From Hemiscyllium ocellatum (lineage: Eukaryota): a stretch of DNA of 64,000 nt. This document shows, piece by piece, positions 1 to 13,904 of the stretch. The stretch lies in the NCBI RefSeq assembly GCF_020745735.1, contig NC_083449.1, positions 6,484,923 through 6,548,922 on the forward strand. The letters run 5' to 3'. The notes under the pieces are model-generated. The model was not told where the DNA came from. It worked only from the letters and a program-made list of their open reading frames with translations, and searched no databases. The number at the start of each line of letters is the position of its first letter. Positions within the stretch are counted from its first letter, which is position 1. Both the position numbers and the translations under genes were made by a program.

Positions 1-39
1 CAATGTGCTGATGGACTTATATTCTGTGTTGTGGACTTG

Positions 40-150
40 TACAACTCCCTGCTATTGACTCTTAACTGTCCTCTGGGGCAATTAGGAATGGGGGCAATAA
101 ACACTAACCCAGTCAGTGATGCCCACATCACATGAGCGAATTTTTTAAAA
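40..150 (+). mobile_element. 3' end of a DeuSINE/L2-tailed SINE (SacSINE1-like)
   Basis: GGGCAATTAGG..GGGCAATAAA..CCAGT..GATGCCCACATC..ATGA..AAAAA tail; a reverse copy is at ~25095-25300. Confidence 0.6.
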
Positions 151-230
151 AATGTGATTTTTTAAAAACATGAATTGAATTGAGTTGATGACCACATTCT
201 CGTGGTTGCAAAGGATTTGGCCTTTGGAGT

Positions 231-325
231 GATTAGATTAGATTAGACTTACAGTGTGGAAACAGGCCCTTCGGCCCAACAAGTCCACACCGACCCGCCG
301 AAGCGAAACCCACCCATACCCCATG
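231..325 (-). mobile_element. HE1-type SINE 3' fragment
   Basis: (GATTA)n tail followed by the reverse complement of the 3' end of the SINE at 7310-7615. Confidence 0.8.
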
Positions 326-819
326 GAGAAGGGAAAGCATAGAATGAGGCCCTTCAGCCCAGTGCCTCTGTACCGGACAGTTTTGAGTGACAGTTCAATC
401 TTGACTGATCGATCTCTGCTTTGGTTCATCTGAGTGAGCTGCTCCCCTGACAGTAACCAGTGTGCTGTGAAATATGTGACCGATAGTCGGTCTAAGCTGA
501 ATTCTAAAGGCACCGTGTGATGTGAGGTAGCTTGGTGTGGAAATGACGGTGAGTAATGTCACCAATCTGCTTCCCAGTCACGGGTTAACCTGGTGGGTGT
601 TGTGGGTGTGTGCACGCTAACCAGTCTGTGGGGTATGAGACTACATAACAGAATTCCCATATTCTTTCCATCACAGCCACAACTCCAAGGTAATGGGGAA
701 CAGGAATGTTGTTTCTGTGTAAAGTTACCTCACCTGGCCACAAGAAATTACAGACACATCACAAGTAGGAGCAGGAATAACCCCGTTCATCCTGCTCCCC
801 TCCCGTCCCACATTCAACA

Positions 820-868
820 GGTTCGAATCCGGCAGCAGTGCTAACCATTGAGCCAACGTGCTGCCCAC
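820..868 (-). mobile_element. HE1-type SINE 5' (tRNA-derived) head fragment
   Basis: Reverse complement TGGGCAGCACGTTGGCTCAATGGTTAGCACTGCTGCC matches the heads at 7310 and 30057. Confidence 0.65.
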
Positions 869-2765
869 AAATAGAGGATAGAGTGGAATGTAAGAGAGTG
901 GGTAGAGCGGGGCTCAACAGTTATGGGAAAGTGATAGAGATGGGAGGAGAGCAAATAGGGGAGGGCAATAGAGTTGGGGAGGGGGTGCAAGGTTCAGAAG
1001 ATGGTTAATGAGAAATGTGGGTGGGGAATAGACTTGCGAGAGATTGAGGGGACATGGGGTGGAGAGAGATGGAGTGAGTGGAGGGGGATAGATTGCCCGT
1101 CTTCCCTGTTTCCTGTTCACCCCACTCTATTGCACCCTCCCCTGTTTGCCCTGCCACCACCATGTCCCGCTCCCCTGTTAACCTGGTCCCCATTTTATTT
1201 CACTCCCTTGCTCCCCCTGTCCCCTGACTCTATCTCCCACTCCCACTATATTTATGTGAAATGTAGCTGTCACCATTGTTAAGTCTCCATGATTATTCCT
1301 GGAGCATAGTTGGGAAGTCACGTAGTTTACTTGATGCAGAGTTGAAGCGCAGGAGTTGGCAGAATTTGAGGTCTGAATTGTAGAAGGTGATTTCCTCATT
1401 TACTGACCAGCAGCAGAAACACTGCCGCTAAGCATGATAATGTCGCTTTAAAAGGATTATACATTAAAATTCATGGAGTAACATATGAATTCAATAATTT
1501 CAAATAAGGAGGTACTTTCAAACAGCCATTGCCACATAAGTAACAGTGGATCTTCACTGTCACGTTGATACCGAGTGACAAATTCCTCATTCTAAATGGG
1601 CAATAAACAATAAAACAAAAAAAAACTGGCAATTCATGAGCAAATGTGCAATTTGTGGAATTCAATGCGATTAGACAAGAGCAGATAGTACCATTAATGT
1701 GAACAACTTAGTTATGTGAAGAAACCATATATAGAAGAGTTGGCGTCATGCTGGTAAAGGGAGAACATGTGACACTAAGAAAGAAAACCTGGAAATCTAT
1801 ATATGTAAAGCAGTAAAAACTGATACAGTAAAGTAGGAAGTACGTCAACTCAAAGACGAGTACGTGACTGCTTTTCTTTTAAAAGATAAGCTGTCGCTTT
1901 AAAATGAAACAAACATATGCGGCAGCATAAACTGTGATTACCTCAAACAGTGACCAACTGCTTTGATTTACCTGGAAGTCCAATCGCTGCAAGGATAGGA
2001 TAGTAAATAGCAGACACAACGTATTCCGCGTATTTCTTCAGAAATGTGAGCTCTGCAGTTCATGGAAATATTGCAACATTTATACTGAATGACAAATACA
2101 AGGGAGATCTTTTTTTCAACATGAATGATTCTAATTGAATCAAACATATTTATGAAGTTGCTGACAATTTCATGATTATTGTTTTGAAAAAAAAATTGGC
2201 TTTTAAAAAGTCGCGCATGCATTTACGATAGAGGCTGATAGACCATCCCATGACATCAGAGACGCTTCGTTAATATATACAATATAAGAACAACAAATGA
2301 TATAGCCCCATTGATTCAACTAGCATTTGATCAGTACAAATTATTAACATAAGGACCTTCCTGCTGAATTAAGTGGTTTGATCATAATGCATAACTGACC
2401 AGAGATATCTGGTTGCTCAATGAAAGACGGTCTTTGCTGACATCCAAAACGCTGCGTGCGCACTCATTCAGGGATGTCCATGAACAGAGCTCTATTCCCG
2501 CTATGTGACTTGAAATTTCGACGAAGACACACAAAAGAGGCACTACACAGCAGCCGAGAGGATGTCGTGTCACTGAGCAAGTAATCCAAAACCTTGACTT
2601 GATGATGCTGTACTGGCATGTGTCTAAACGCCATCATGAGAAGTACTGAAATTTGAATTCAATAAGAATCCCAAGTCGAAAGCCAGCAGAACGTTGATTT
2701 TTACATGCAAGAAGATGTAATCAAGGTTTGCATCCGTAACCCCCAGTGCTTTGTCGATCATCTAG

Positions 2766-3700
2766 ATGAGAAAGGTGACCAGTGGTGTTCCACAGGGATC
2801 AGTGCCGAAGCCACTGATGAGCAAGCTTGCAGATGACACGAAGATTGGTGGAGTAGCAGAAAGCATAGGGGATTGTCAAAGAATACAGGAGAATATAGGT
2901 AGACTGGACAGTTGGGTGGCAAAGTGGCAGATGGAGTTCAATCCAGGCAAATGTGAGGTGATGCAATTTGGGAAGTCCAATTCTAGAGCGAATTATACAT
3001 TAAATGGAAGAGCCTTGGGAAAAGTTGATAAGCAAAGAGGTCTGGGAGTTCAGTTTCATTGCACCCTGAAGGTTGCTGCACAGGTGGGTAGAGTGGTCAA
3101 GAAGGCATATGGTATGTTTGCCTTCATTGGATTGGGTATTGAATATAAGAGCTGGCAGGTCATGTTAAAATGCGGTTCGGCCGCATTTAGAATACTGTGT
3201 CCAGTTCTGCTCACCACATTACCCAAAGGATGTGGACGCATTGGATAAGATGCAGAGAAAGCTTACGAGGATGTTGCCTGATATGGAAGGTGCTAGCTAT
3301 GAAGGGAAGCTGAGTAGGTTTGGATTGTGTTCATTAGAAACTAGAAGATTGAGGGGGGACCCGATTGTGGTCTACAAAATCGTGAAGGGTATAGACAGGG
3401 AAGATAAAGATAAGTTTTTCCCAGGGTGACGAGTTCAAGGTGAGAGATGAAAAGTTTAAGGGGGATATACGCGACAATTACTCAACACAGAGGGTGGTAG
3501 GTGCCTAAAACGCATTGCCAGTTGTGGCAGGCAGGTAGATTCATTTAAGATGCCTCTGGACAGATATGAGTAGGTGGGGAGCAGAGGGAAACAGATGCTT
3601 AGGAATTGGGCAACAAGTTTAGACAGTGGATTTGGATCCGCTCAGGCCTGGAGGGCCAAAGGGCCGGTTCCTGGGCTATAAGTTTTCTTTGTTCTTTATC
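2766..3700 (+). mobile_element. CR1-clade LINE, 3' part (RT C-terminus and 3' UTR), degenerate
   Basis: ORF track SGVPQGSV, KLADDTKIGG, WQMEFNPGKC; frameshifted. Confidence 0.9.
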
Positions 3701-4189
3701 ATATTTGCCTTCCTAACTGCCAACTGAACCTGCCTGTTAACCTGAAGAGAATCCTGAACTCGGACTCCCAAGTCCCTTCGTGCTTCAGATTTCCGGAACC
3801 TTTCCCCATTTAGGAAACAGTCTCCGCCTCTATTCTTCTAATCCCATTGCATACCCTACCACACTGTCATCCATCTACCAACCGAACCTTAATAGGATCC
3901 TGAACTCGGACTCACCCCCGAGGACCTTGTTTGTGCTTCAGGCCTGGCAGCATCTGTCCAGAGACAGACAGAGAGAAAGCGGGGTCAACGTTTCGAGTCC
4001 GGGACAGCCGTCCTTTGGTCTTGATGTGCCACCGCACATTTTCTTGTTCACTCCCACCTCTCTGTCTGTGTGTGTATTTGTGATTATTATTGAGTTTGGC
4101 GAGTCCCGGAGCCGGCCCTGTTGTTTCTCTCTCCTGAAAGGGTTGTCCCTTTAAAGAGTCTTTCCCCTGAAGCAGCTGCTAACGGTCAC

Positions 4190-4390
4190 TTGGGGCACGA
4201 GGCGGCCGTTAACCGCCATCTCGCGCGGGGCCTGAGGGGGCGGGGCCTGAAGCTCAAATGGCGCCGGGGCCACGCGGGAAGGAAAAGCGCCGAGGGAGAG
4301 CGGACTGTGTCAACATGTCCCGTTCCCGAGGGTCAGGATGGTGGTTATTGGGGGACAGGAGAGATTCCCCCTCCCCGTGAGGTATCTTGT
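4190..4390. promoter_or_regulatory. CpG-rich promoter-like island (YY1 and GC boxes), possibly bidirectional
   Basis: Local CpG excess; CCGCCATCT 4213-4221, GGGGCGGGG 4237-4245, AAATGGCGCC 4256-4265; GTGAGT donor on - strand at 3910-3915. Confidence 0.5.
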
Positions 4391-5009
4391 ACAAACCGCG
4401 AGGTCTCTCCCTTTACGTATCTCTGTCTCTCTCTGTTTGACTGTCTATGACTTGCTTTAACTCTGACGATTAATCTCGATTACACTGTGATTTTGTGCCT
4501 CTTTCTGACTCTGTTTGACTGTGTTTCTTTACAACTCTATGTCCCTGTGTGTCTACCTCTTTCTGTGTTTCTCCCTGCCGCTCTGTGACCCTCTGTCTCT
4601 CTCTGACTCTCAGTGACTCTGCAACTCTCTCTGACTGTATGGCGAGAGTACTGTTTGTTGGTGAACACAACAACTCCTGCCTTAGAAAAGTGCCTAACAG
4701 TTTGCTTTAATCACAGGCATCCCTGTGCCAGTCCTAGACCTGAGTGCCCACACTATAAATAAGGTAGTGGAGGGAGACAGCACCTCGTTAAACTACTCTG
4801 TTGGACCCCAGTTGAATATATTTTCTGTAAGGGTGGTGAAGAGATTTAATGGGAACACTCCAACCACTGCAGAACCGTACACACAATCATCAACAACAGC
4901 AAAAGTCAAGAGGGCAATTAGCACTGTGCAGTTTCTAACCAGCAGGCAGGGTCTCTCCTGAACAGCAAATATATCGCCATTTCAGTGAGTTTTTAAGCAC
5001 CTCCACACA

Positions 5010-5920
5010 AATTGACATGATCAGAGCAATGTGATGGCACTAGTGAAGCATGAAGAGGGAGACTGACAAGGATGTTGCTTTGGGGACTGGAGAGTTTCAG
5101 TGATGGAGAGAGATTGGACAGACTGGGGTTGTATTCCTTACAGCAGAGCAGATTGAGAATGTGGGGACATGATCGAGATGTATAAAATGATGAGGGACGT
5201 AGACAGGAAGAAACTGCCCCCACCCCTTTGAAGGAGGGATCAATGACTGGGGAAGGGGCATAGATTGAAGGTAAGGGACAGGAGGCTCAGAGGGAGATGT
5301 GAGGGAAAACATTTTCACTCAAAGGGTGTTAGGGAATCTGGAATTCACTGCCTGTAAGGGTGCGAGAGGCAGAAATCCTCATCACATCGAAGAACGATTT
5401 AGATGTGCACTTCCAATCCAAGGCTAGAGTCAGATTAAGTGGTCCTTGGTGTTTCATATGTACATTGTTGCAGAAATAGGGGTTTGGATAAGGTGAGTAA
5501 CCAAGGTCTTTTTTTCCCCAGGGCAGGAAGTCCAAAACTAGAGGGCAGTGGTTTAGGGTGAGAGGGGAAAGATTTAAAGGTGACCTAAGGTTTAACTTTT
5601 TCACATATTTTATTAATGACTTGGATGGGGGGATGGATGGATGGATGAATGGGTCAGCAAGTTTGCAGATGACACAAAGGTTGGAGGTGTCATTGACAGT
5701 ATAGACGGCTGTTGTAGGCTGCAGCGGGACATTGACAGGATGCAGACATGGGCTGAGATGTGGCAGATGGAGTTCAACCTGGACAAATGCGAGGTGATGT
5801 ATTTTGGAAGGTCGAAATTGAAAGCTGAGTACAGGATTAAGGATAGGATTCTAGGCAGTGTGGAGGAACAGAGGGATCTTGGTGTGCAGGTCCAATAGAT
5901 CCCTTAAAATGGCCACCCAA
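5010..5920 (+). mobile_element. Nested CR1 LINE fragments
   Basis: ORF 5641-5898 KFADDTKVGGV..WQMEFNLDKC plus CR1 3'-type sequence. Confidence 0.85.
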
Positions 5921-6440
5921 GCAGAGCGTATTAAGGAACATCTTCGGGACACCCGTACCAACCAAACACACCATCCTGTGGCCCAATATTTCAATTTCCC
6001 CTCCCACTCTGCCGAGGACATGGAGGTCCTGGGCCTCCTTCACCTCCGCTCCCTCACCAACCCATGCCTGGAGGAAGAACGCCTCATCTTCAACCTCGGA
6101 ACACTTCAACCCCAGGGCATCAACGTAGACTTCAACAGTTTCCTCATTTCCCCTTCCCCCAGCTCAGCACTGTCCCCATGACTTGTCCTACCTGCCTATC
6201 TTCTTTTCCACCTATCCTCTCCACCCTCCACCCTCCCACCTATCATCTTCATCCCCTCCCCCACTCACCTATTGTACTCTATGCTACTTTCTCCCCACCC
6301 CCACCCTCCTCTCACTTATCTATCCACGCTTCAGGCTCTCTTCCTGTATTCCTGATGAAGGGCTTTTGAACGAAATGTCAATTTTACTGCTCCTCGGATG
6401 CTGCCTGAACTTCTGTGCTCTCCCAGCACCACTAATCCAG
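5921..6440 (+). mobile_element. Penelope-like element 3' fragment (GIY-YIG C-terminus and hammerhead-bearing end)
   Basis: ERIKEHLRDTRTNQTHHPVAQYFN..LEEERLIFNLGTLQPQGIN; CTGATGA..GAAATGTC at ~6349-6385. Confidence 0.85.
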
Positions 6441-7898
6441 ATAACAGTGAAAGACAATAATTTGTAAGGAAGAAAAGTTAATTGATAGGTCTGTGTACGC
6501 CTGACTAATCACTCATAGGCCCTAAGCCGTTCATCAGGTGGGAAAAACATACCCAGCCTGCTAGCGAGATAAGCTCTTATCATAAAAATGTACCAGTCCG
6601 AGTAATTGGAGAGTCCGTAAGGTAACCTTGCACAGCTCACGTGTCTGATACAATTGTTTTACGAAATGGCTTCGTAACAAGGAGGGCAAACTTTTGATCA
6701 TAAAATGGCTTACTGACAGATTGTGTCAGAGTTAGGTTTAGAATAATTTTAAGCTGGGAACAAATTTCTGCTTTTTATTTTGAACACAGAATCATTCTAT
6801 ACTTGAGGCTGAAATGTTACTGCAAGGTTGTATCTAAAATGATTAATTAATCTCAAGTTAAAGATGCCTTCTTTTCAAGATTGTGATTCAAATTCAAATA
6901 AGACATAAGATCTGACTAGTTAGAATTGACAGTGGGCCAGTCTGTAAGGTCTGTAGAGTGGTCTGCAAGGTCAGCAAGTAAGTTAGGGCTTCCTCAATAT
7001 TACCTTTTACAGAGTTTGTATTTAATAACTGGTATTGGCTACTCAATACCATGATAAAGTCCCAAAATGCAATTAAAATCAATCCATAGCAGATACGCAC
7101 TAGGAGTTAATTTTCTACTGGCACCAACAGCCTCAGCACTAAAATTGTCTCTCTCTCGTGTCCTTTTGAACTCTCAAGTCAGCAAAGTTTTTATTTCTGT
7201 GTCTGCCCTGCTTGCAAGAGGAAAGAAGAATCCATTAAAGTTGGCAGCATCTAATCGTTAATTACAAAGCTTTTGATCGTACCGAGTTTCGTTTCCGGGT
7301 CAGAATCATGGGCAGCCCAGTGGTTAGCACTGCTGCTTCACAGTGCTAGAGATCCGGGTTCAATTTCCGCCTCAGGCGACTGATTGTGGAGTTTGCACAT
7401 TCTCCCCTTGTCTGCGTAGGTTTCCTGCGGGCGCTCCGGTTTCCTCCCACAGTCCAAAAATGTGCAGGTTAGGTGAATTGACCATGTTAAATGACCTAGT
7501 AGTGTTAGGAGCAGGGGTAAATGTAGGGGAATAGGTCTGGGTGGGTTGCGCTGAGGCGGGTCAGTGTGGACTTGTTGGGCCAAAGGGCCTGTTTCCACAC
7601 TGCAAGTAATCTTATAAAAAATCAAACACTGTCATTAATTTTTCAAGGGAACGGCTGTGATGTTACCACTTGGTGTCCTGTTCACACAGATTCACCAATG
7701 CTAAGACAAATGTTCTTAATTGTCTTACAGCATCCTGTTATCAGTTGGTGAGCTCATGTGTCCCTATCTTTAAGTTTCCACCTTTTTCTGAGCCTTCCTG
7801 CCTGTCTGTTTTGTAGTGCAGTAAATGTGTTCTATAATTCGGCATTACATTTTAGTCTAAATGTTTAAAGTCAAGCTTGAAGGCTATGGACTTTCTCA
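6441..7898 (-). mobile_element. LTR-like repeat, partial copy of 48266-49719, interrupted by a SINE
   Basis: Colinear similarity 6441-7270 to 48610-49400 and 7620-7898 to 49435-49719; shared CTTTCTCA terminus. Confidence 0.6.
7310..7615 (+). mobile_element. HE1-type V-SINE
   Basis: tRNA-like head (GTGGTTAGCAC, GGGTTCAATT), V-domain GTGGAGTTTGCACATTCTCCCC..GGTTTCCTCCCACAGTCCAAA, CR1-like tail. Confidence 0.9.
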
Positions 7899-7959
7899 AA
7901 ATCACCCTCATAATAAATATCCCATAACGAATCACATCCTCACAGAGAGTATTAGTAGC

Positions 7960-8545
7960 TGCCAGAGAGTTACGTCCCTTGACAAACAGAAACTGACAAG
8001 CAAACATTGATATGTTTGTTCACTCGTTGGCATTGCAGAGACAGGCAAAATGACATTGATGACAACACACAATTGACAGGGCAGTTACCTCCACAGAAAA
8101 ACACACACATCCCATCCACCTTGCGGGCACTGTCATGGATAGATTCATGACACTCAGATGTTCACGTGACAGAAAGTGACACACTTTTCATTGCACATAC
8201 CAATAGGAATGATTTGACAACTACACTTCCATATTCAGATATCAGAAAGTGTCAGACACTGATGAATAATTGTGCTCAAATTTTCATCCAGTTAGAAACT
8301 GATATTTCAGATCAATAATCAGACTCAACTACTGTCAGGTAGAGACCGAAGGTGACACTTTCATTCGCAGAGATAAAAGAAAATCTGACAGGTACATGAC
8401 GATAACTAAAATTACATTCAGATATCAGAAATTGACACGGACAGATTGGTAAACATACATTCACTTTTAAACAATAGTAACTGTCCTAGAAAGATTAACA
8501 AGTGCACTCTCATGTTCACAATGCAGAAAGTGACAGGAGTAAATT
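7960..8545 (+). repeat. Degenerate ~49-bp tandem repeat array I, part a
   Basis: Recurrent CAGAAACTGACAGG..ATTGATAACT..CACATTCAC units. Confidence 0.75.
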
Positions 8546-8546
8546 A

Positions 8547-11010
8547 GAGTCATAGAGATGTACAGCATGGAAACAGACCCTTCGGTCAGAACCCGTCCAT
8601 GCCGACCAGATATCCCAAACCACCTGCCAGCACCAGCCAATATCCCTCCAAACCCTTCCTATTTATATACCCATCCAAATGTCTTTTAAATGTTGCAACT
8701 GTATCAGCCTCCACCACTTCCTCTGGCTGCTCATTCCATACACATACCACCATCTGTGTGAAAAAGTCACCCCTTAGGTCTCTTTTATATCTTTCCCCTC
8801 TCATTCTAAACCTATGCCCTCTAGTTCTGGACTCCCGGCCCTAGGGAAAAATCTTTGTCTATATATCGTATCCATGCCCCTCATGATTTTGTAAACCTCT
8901 ATAAGATCAACCCTCAACCTCTGATGCTCCAGGGAAAACAGCCCCAGCCTGTTCAGCGTCTCTCTATAGATCAAATTCTCCAACCCTGGCAACATCCTTG
9001 TACATCTTTTCTGAATACTTTCAAGATTCACAACATCTTTTCGTTAGAAAGGAGACCACAATTGCACGCAATATTCTAGCAATGGCCTAACCAATGTCCT
9101 GTGCAGCTGCAACATGATTTCCCAACTCCTGTACTCAGTACTCTGACAAATAAAAGAGAGCATAACAAACTCTTTCTTCACTATCCTATCTACCTGCGAC
9201 TCCACTTTCAAGGAGCTATGAACCTGCATTCAATGTCTCTTGGTTCAGCAACACTGCCTAGGATCTTACCATTAAGTGCATAAGATTTGCTTTCCCAAAA
9301 TGCAGTACCTCCCATTTATCTGAATTAAATGCCACCTGCCACTTCTCACCTCATTGGCCCATCTGGTCAAGATCCTGTTGTAATCTGAGGTAATATTCTT
9401 CACTGTCCACTACACCTCCAATTTTGGTGTCATCTGAAAACTTACTAATTGGACCTCTTATGCTGACATCCAAATCATTTTTGTAAATGACAAAAAGTAG
9501 TGGACCCAGCACTGATCCTCTGTGGCACTCCACTGGTCACAGGCCTCCAGTCTGAAGAACAACTCTCCACCAATACCCTCTGTTTTCTACCTTTGAGCAG
9601 TTCTGTATCCACACTGCTAGTTGTGCCTGTATAACCTTACTAACCAATCTCCCATGGGGATCCTTGTCAAACGCCTTACTGAAGTCCTTATAGATCACAT
9701 CTACCACTCTGCCCTCATCAATCAGCTTTGCTACTTCTTCAAAAAAGTCAATCAAGTTTGTGAGACATGATTTCCCACACACAAAGCCAAGTTGACTATC
9801 CCGAATCAGTCCTTGTCTCTCCAAATACATGTAACTCTGTCCCTCAGGATTCCCTTCAACAACTTGCCCACCACCAACATCAGGCTCACTAGTCTGTAGT
9901 TCCCTGGCTTGTCCTTACCATCCTTCTTAAACAGTGGCACCACGTTTGCCAACCTCCAGTCTTCCAGCACCACACCTGTGACTGTTGATGATACAAATAT
10001 CTCAGCAAGAGGCCCAGCAATCACTTCTCTAGCTTCCCATAAAATTCTAGGGTACACCTGATTAGGTCCTTGGTATTTATCCACCTTTATGAATTTCCAG
10101 ATGAACGGAAACAATTTCCTAGCGCCCACCCTTTCCAAGCCATGTATTTTCTTGTAAGTTTCTATTAGATCTTCCCTTAATCTTATAAACTCCAATGAAT
10201 ACAATCCCAGGATCCTCAGCTGTTCCTCGTATGTTAGACCTACCATTACAGGGATTATCCGTGTGAATCTCTGCTGGACACGCTCCAGTGCCAGTATGTC
10301 CTTCCTGAGGTGTGGGGACCAAAACTGGACACAGTACTCCAAATGGGGCCTAACCAGAGCTTTATAAAGTCTCAGAAGCACAATGGTGCTTTTATATTCC
10401 AACCCTCTAGAGATAAATGACAACATTGCATTCGCTTTCTTAATCACAGACTCAACCTGCATGTTTACCTTTAGAGAATCCTCGACTAGCACTCCCAGAT
10501 CCCTTTGTACTTTGGCTTAATGCATTTTCTTACCATTTAGAAAGTAGTCCACGCTTGTATTCTTTTTTCCAAAGTGCAAGACCTCGCATTTGCTCACATT
10601 GAATTCCATCATCCATTTCCTGGACCACTCTCCCAAACTGTCTAGATCCTTCTGCAGCCTCCCCACTTCCTCAGTACTACCTGCCTGTCCACCTAACTTC
10701 GTATCATTGTCAAATTTCGCTAGAATGCCTTAGTCCCTTCATCCAGATTATTAATATATAACGTGAACAGCTGCGGCCCCAACACTGAACCCTGCCGGAC
10801 ACCGCTTGTCACTGGCTGCCATACTGAAAATGAACCTTTTATCCCAACTCCCTGCCTTTTGTCAGACAGCCAATCCTCAATCCATGCCAGTAGATCACCT
10901 CGAACACCATGGGCCCTCATCTTGCTCAGCAGCCTCCCGTGTGGCACCTTATCAAAGGCCTTTTGGAAGTCTAGATAGACCACATCCACTGTGTTTCCCT
11001 GGTCTAACTT
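8547..11010 (-). mobile_element. Two nested CR1 LINE fragments (RT region)
   Basis: ORFs with [47 protein letters not shown]; junction near 10100. Confidence 0.9.
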
Positions 11011-11074
11011 ATCAAAAATGCCTCTCCCAGTCCTCTCTTCCCTCCCTTTCTGAACTTCCTTTGATAATACTGCC

Positions 11075-11375
11075 ATTTCACAGAACATGAATTGACAGGT
11101 ACACTTTGATAATTATTCACAGAATAAAATTTGTCTGCCATATATTGACACATAATTTTACACCTTGCAGAAACTGACAAATACAGTTTGATAACTAAAC
11201 TCATATTCACACAGCAGAAACTGAGGGAGTAGATTTATAATGACAGTCACATGCTTGAATTGCAATAACTGACAAGGACAATTAATGACAACATTTACAT
11301 GTTCATTTGGCAAGAATGGACAGGTACAAGTTGATAAATGAATTTTCATATTCACAATGCAGGAAGTGAGAGATG
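11075..11375 (+). repeat. Degenerate ~49-bp repeat array I, part b
   Basis: Same unit, e.g. GCAGAAACTGACAAATACAGTTTGATAACTAAACTCATATTCAC. Confidence 0.75.
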
Positions 11376-11382
11376 GACACTG

Positions 11383-12320
11383 TGTGATGATATTGTGGCT
11401 TGAAAAGGTTTATTTTGTCCTTTTGTTCTTGAAGAGCAATTTTAAGGCAGAGACACCGAGCCATTGAGCAAACAGTTTGAGGCCTACTGGGTATCTTTAC
11501 AGAAACCTGAAGACTCATCAACAGAAGTATTTCATGTTTGAGAAGGGAACCTTGCGTTTATTGTTTTTGAAGAAATTTAAGAACATAAATTACAGACTGT
11601 TTAGATGAAGCTTTTTATTGCAGCCATTCAATTTGCAACTTACATACATGGCAGGATGACAGAACCTCATTGCCAAGGTGCCATCACGACTTTGATGAAA
11701 AAAGATGGAAGCATTTCTTGGCAGGAAAAAGTGAACTGTCGCAGTGAGTGTTTGCATGCTTCAAGTCAATGAAATGTCTATGTATTGTTTACTAATAATG
11801 TAAAATATATATATATTTTAAAATTAGGCCATCTCTGTATATTGATGGATTCTTTTTAAGAGGGGTGGAAGGTTTGATGATATTGTGGCTTTAAGATGTT
11901 TATTATGTTCTTTCTTTCTTGTTGAAGAGAGGTTTATGGCAGAAGTGTTGAGAAGTCTACCAGAGCCGCGAGAGTAAACAGTTTGAGGCTTTTTTTATAG
12001 TTGGAACAACAGAGGCAGCCTGAGTTAGTGTGGTCAAGGTCTCACAGAACAACATTTTTAGTTTTGTCTTTCAGCAAAACTGTTGGCATCCTGAAGACGG
12101 GAAAGCTAGTTTTCCCCTCTCGGTTACAGTCAGAAGCTGCAGATTCTTCTTCTGCTACTGGAGTCGGATGTAAGACTATCTATTTTGTTGAATTTGTCTT
12201 TTGCCAAGAATGTTTATGGGATAGTACTGCATTGGAACAGTTAACTCGGAAGAGTTCTGTTAAGTAATCCAACAGAGTTAAGATTTTCCAATCCCTTCTT
12301 TGTTGTGTTGTATGTTAACT
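11383..12320 (+). mobile_element. LTR-like fragments (two related 5' ends at 11383 and 11875)
   Basis: Direct repeat TGATGATATTGTGGCTT..AAACAGTTTGAGGC; TGTGATG start like the LTR at 51883-52509; interrupts the 49-bp array. Confidence 0.45.
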
Positions 12321-12324
12321 ATTG

Positions 12325-13210
12325 TGGACAGGACAAAGTACATCATTCTGACTGATAACTGCCCTCATAGTCACATAATAGAAACAGATTGGTACAGATA
12401 GATAACTACACTGCCATATCTGCGCCAGAAAAACATTTCAGGAACAGATTTAACCAAATTCAGGAATTCATAAAGCAGAAGCTGACTGATACAGATGGAT
12501 AACCAAACACTTATATTCACAAACCAGAAAACATCAGGTGAAGGTTAATGACCATATTTACAACACAGAAACGGACAAGTTGAAACTGCTAAAAGCATTC
12601 ACACAGACACTGATAGGGGGAAGACTGATAATTACACAGACATATTCATTGAACAGAAACTGACTCATAGGAAAGACTGATAGACACTGCAATTGTAATG
12701 ACTAACACATTCTCACAACAGCGACCTTTTGGGATTGAGCGATAATTGTACGAACGTAATCACTGACAGATCCAGACTGATGACTACACTCACACGTTGA
12801 GATAGCAGAAACTGACAAGGACAGATTGTGAGAGAGTAATAATCATTCACCTCCTGAAAGCTCACATGGACAGATCAAAAACCGCACTCCCGTTTTACAC
12901 AGCCACTAACGAGAGGTAAACTAACCCTTAACCAACCTGAACTTCTGAAGAACACAATATCATTCACAGTGTAATCAGAGAGTCACAGTGATAAAACAAA
13001 TAACATGAGATTGTCACAATTAAAATTCACATAAGTACTATGTTCAAAATAATCCTTAAATAAGTGACCAGTTCAGAATGAGTACAAATGACTTGTAAGC
13101 AAATAAAATTCAGTGAAAATCCACATAATAGAAACAGATTGGTACAGATAGATAACTACACTGCCATATCTGCGCCAGAGAAACATTTCAGGAACGGATT
13201 TAGGCCAAAT
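12325..13210 (+). repeat. Degenerate ~49-bp repeat array I, part c, with a recent ~85-bp duplication
   Basis: Same unit; 12372-12460 nearly identical to 13122-13210. Confidence 0.7.
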
Positions 13211-13904
13211 TTAGCCAAAGTTTATAATGAAAAAAAATCGTGCTAGAAACTGAAATGCGTTGAATAATATCTATTCTAATGTAGTGCAAAGTAAGATTTC
13301 AGGAACTGAAATATTAGCAGGACACTGTAACACTGATTGAGGAGCTGAACAGATTAAAATTCATGTTGTCAGCAGAAAGCAAAAGGCACAGGTCGCAGTA
13401 CGTCCGTTCCCTTTAGCCGTTGAGGTGATCAGATTAGAATTGACATTGATACACACACTGCCAGCTATTCTGAGTAACGTATAAATACTTTGGCTGATAC
13501 TCATTGGAGATTTGAAGAAGAATTGGCGAATAGATAAGTGAAGGGAGTTTACATAGAAGATGATGGTAGGATGTCTTCATTTACAGACACTGTAGAGCAA
13601 GAAACACAAGCAAAAGAGAACATTCCTTAACTCCCATTTTCCTCCAACACAATCCAATTGTCGAGTAGTTCCATTATTTCTGGGAGGAAAACAACTCCCT
13701 GTCAGATTGCAGTGCATTTTCTGACTTGACAACAAATGTGATGCCATTTTAAAATGGAAAAGAAAATCATTATCTAAAGATGCAGAATAGCTTACAATTA
13801 GAATCTCACATTTTAGAGTGAGCTCGGAATTTGATCCCTTCAGAAAATTTCGGTTTGTGTTTCCGATGGCATTGCAGATCTTCACAGATCCACATTGAGT
13901 CCCA

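Noticed and set aside
522-545. TGAGGTAG let-7-like 5' end
   Set aside because: The remainder does not match let-7 and no precursor hairpin is evident.
7310-7380. tRNA genes at 7310, 30057 and 820-868
   Set aside because: tRNA-derived SINE heads, not complete cloverleaves.
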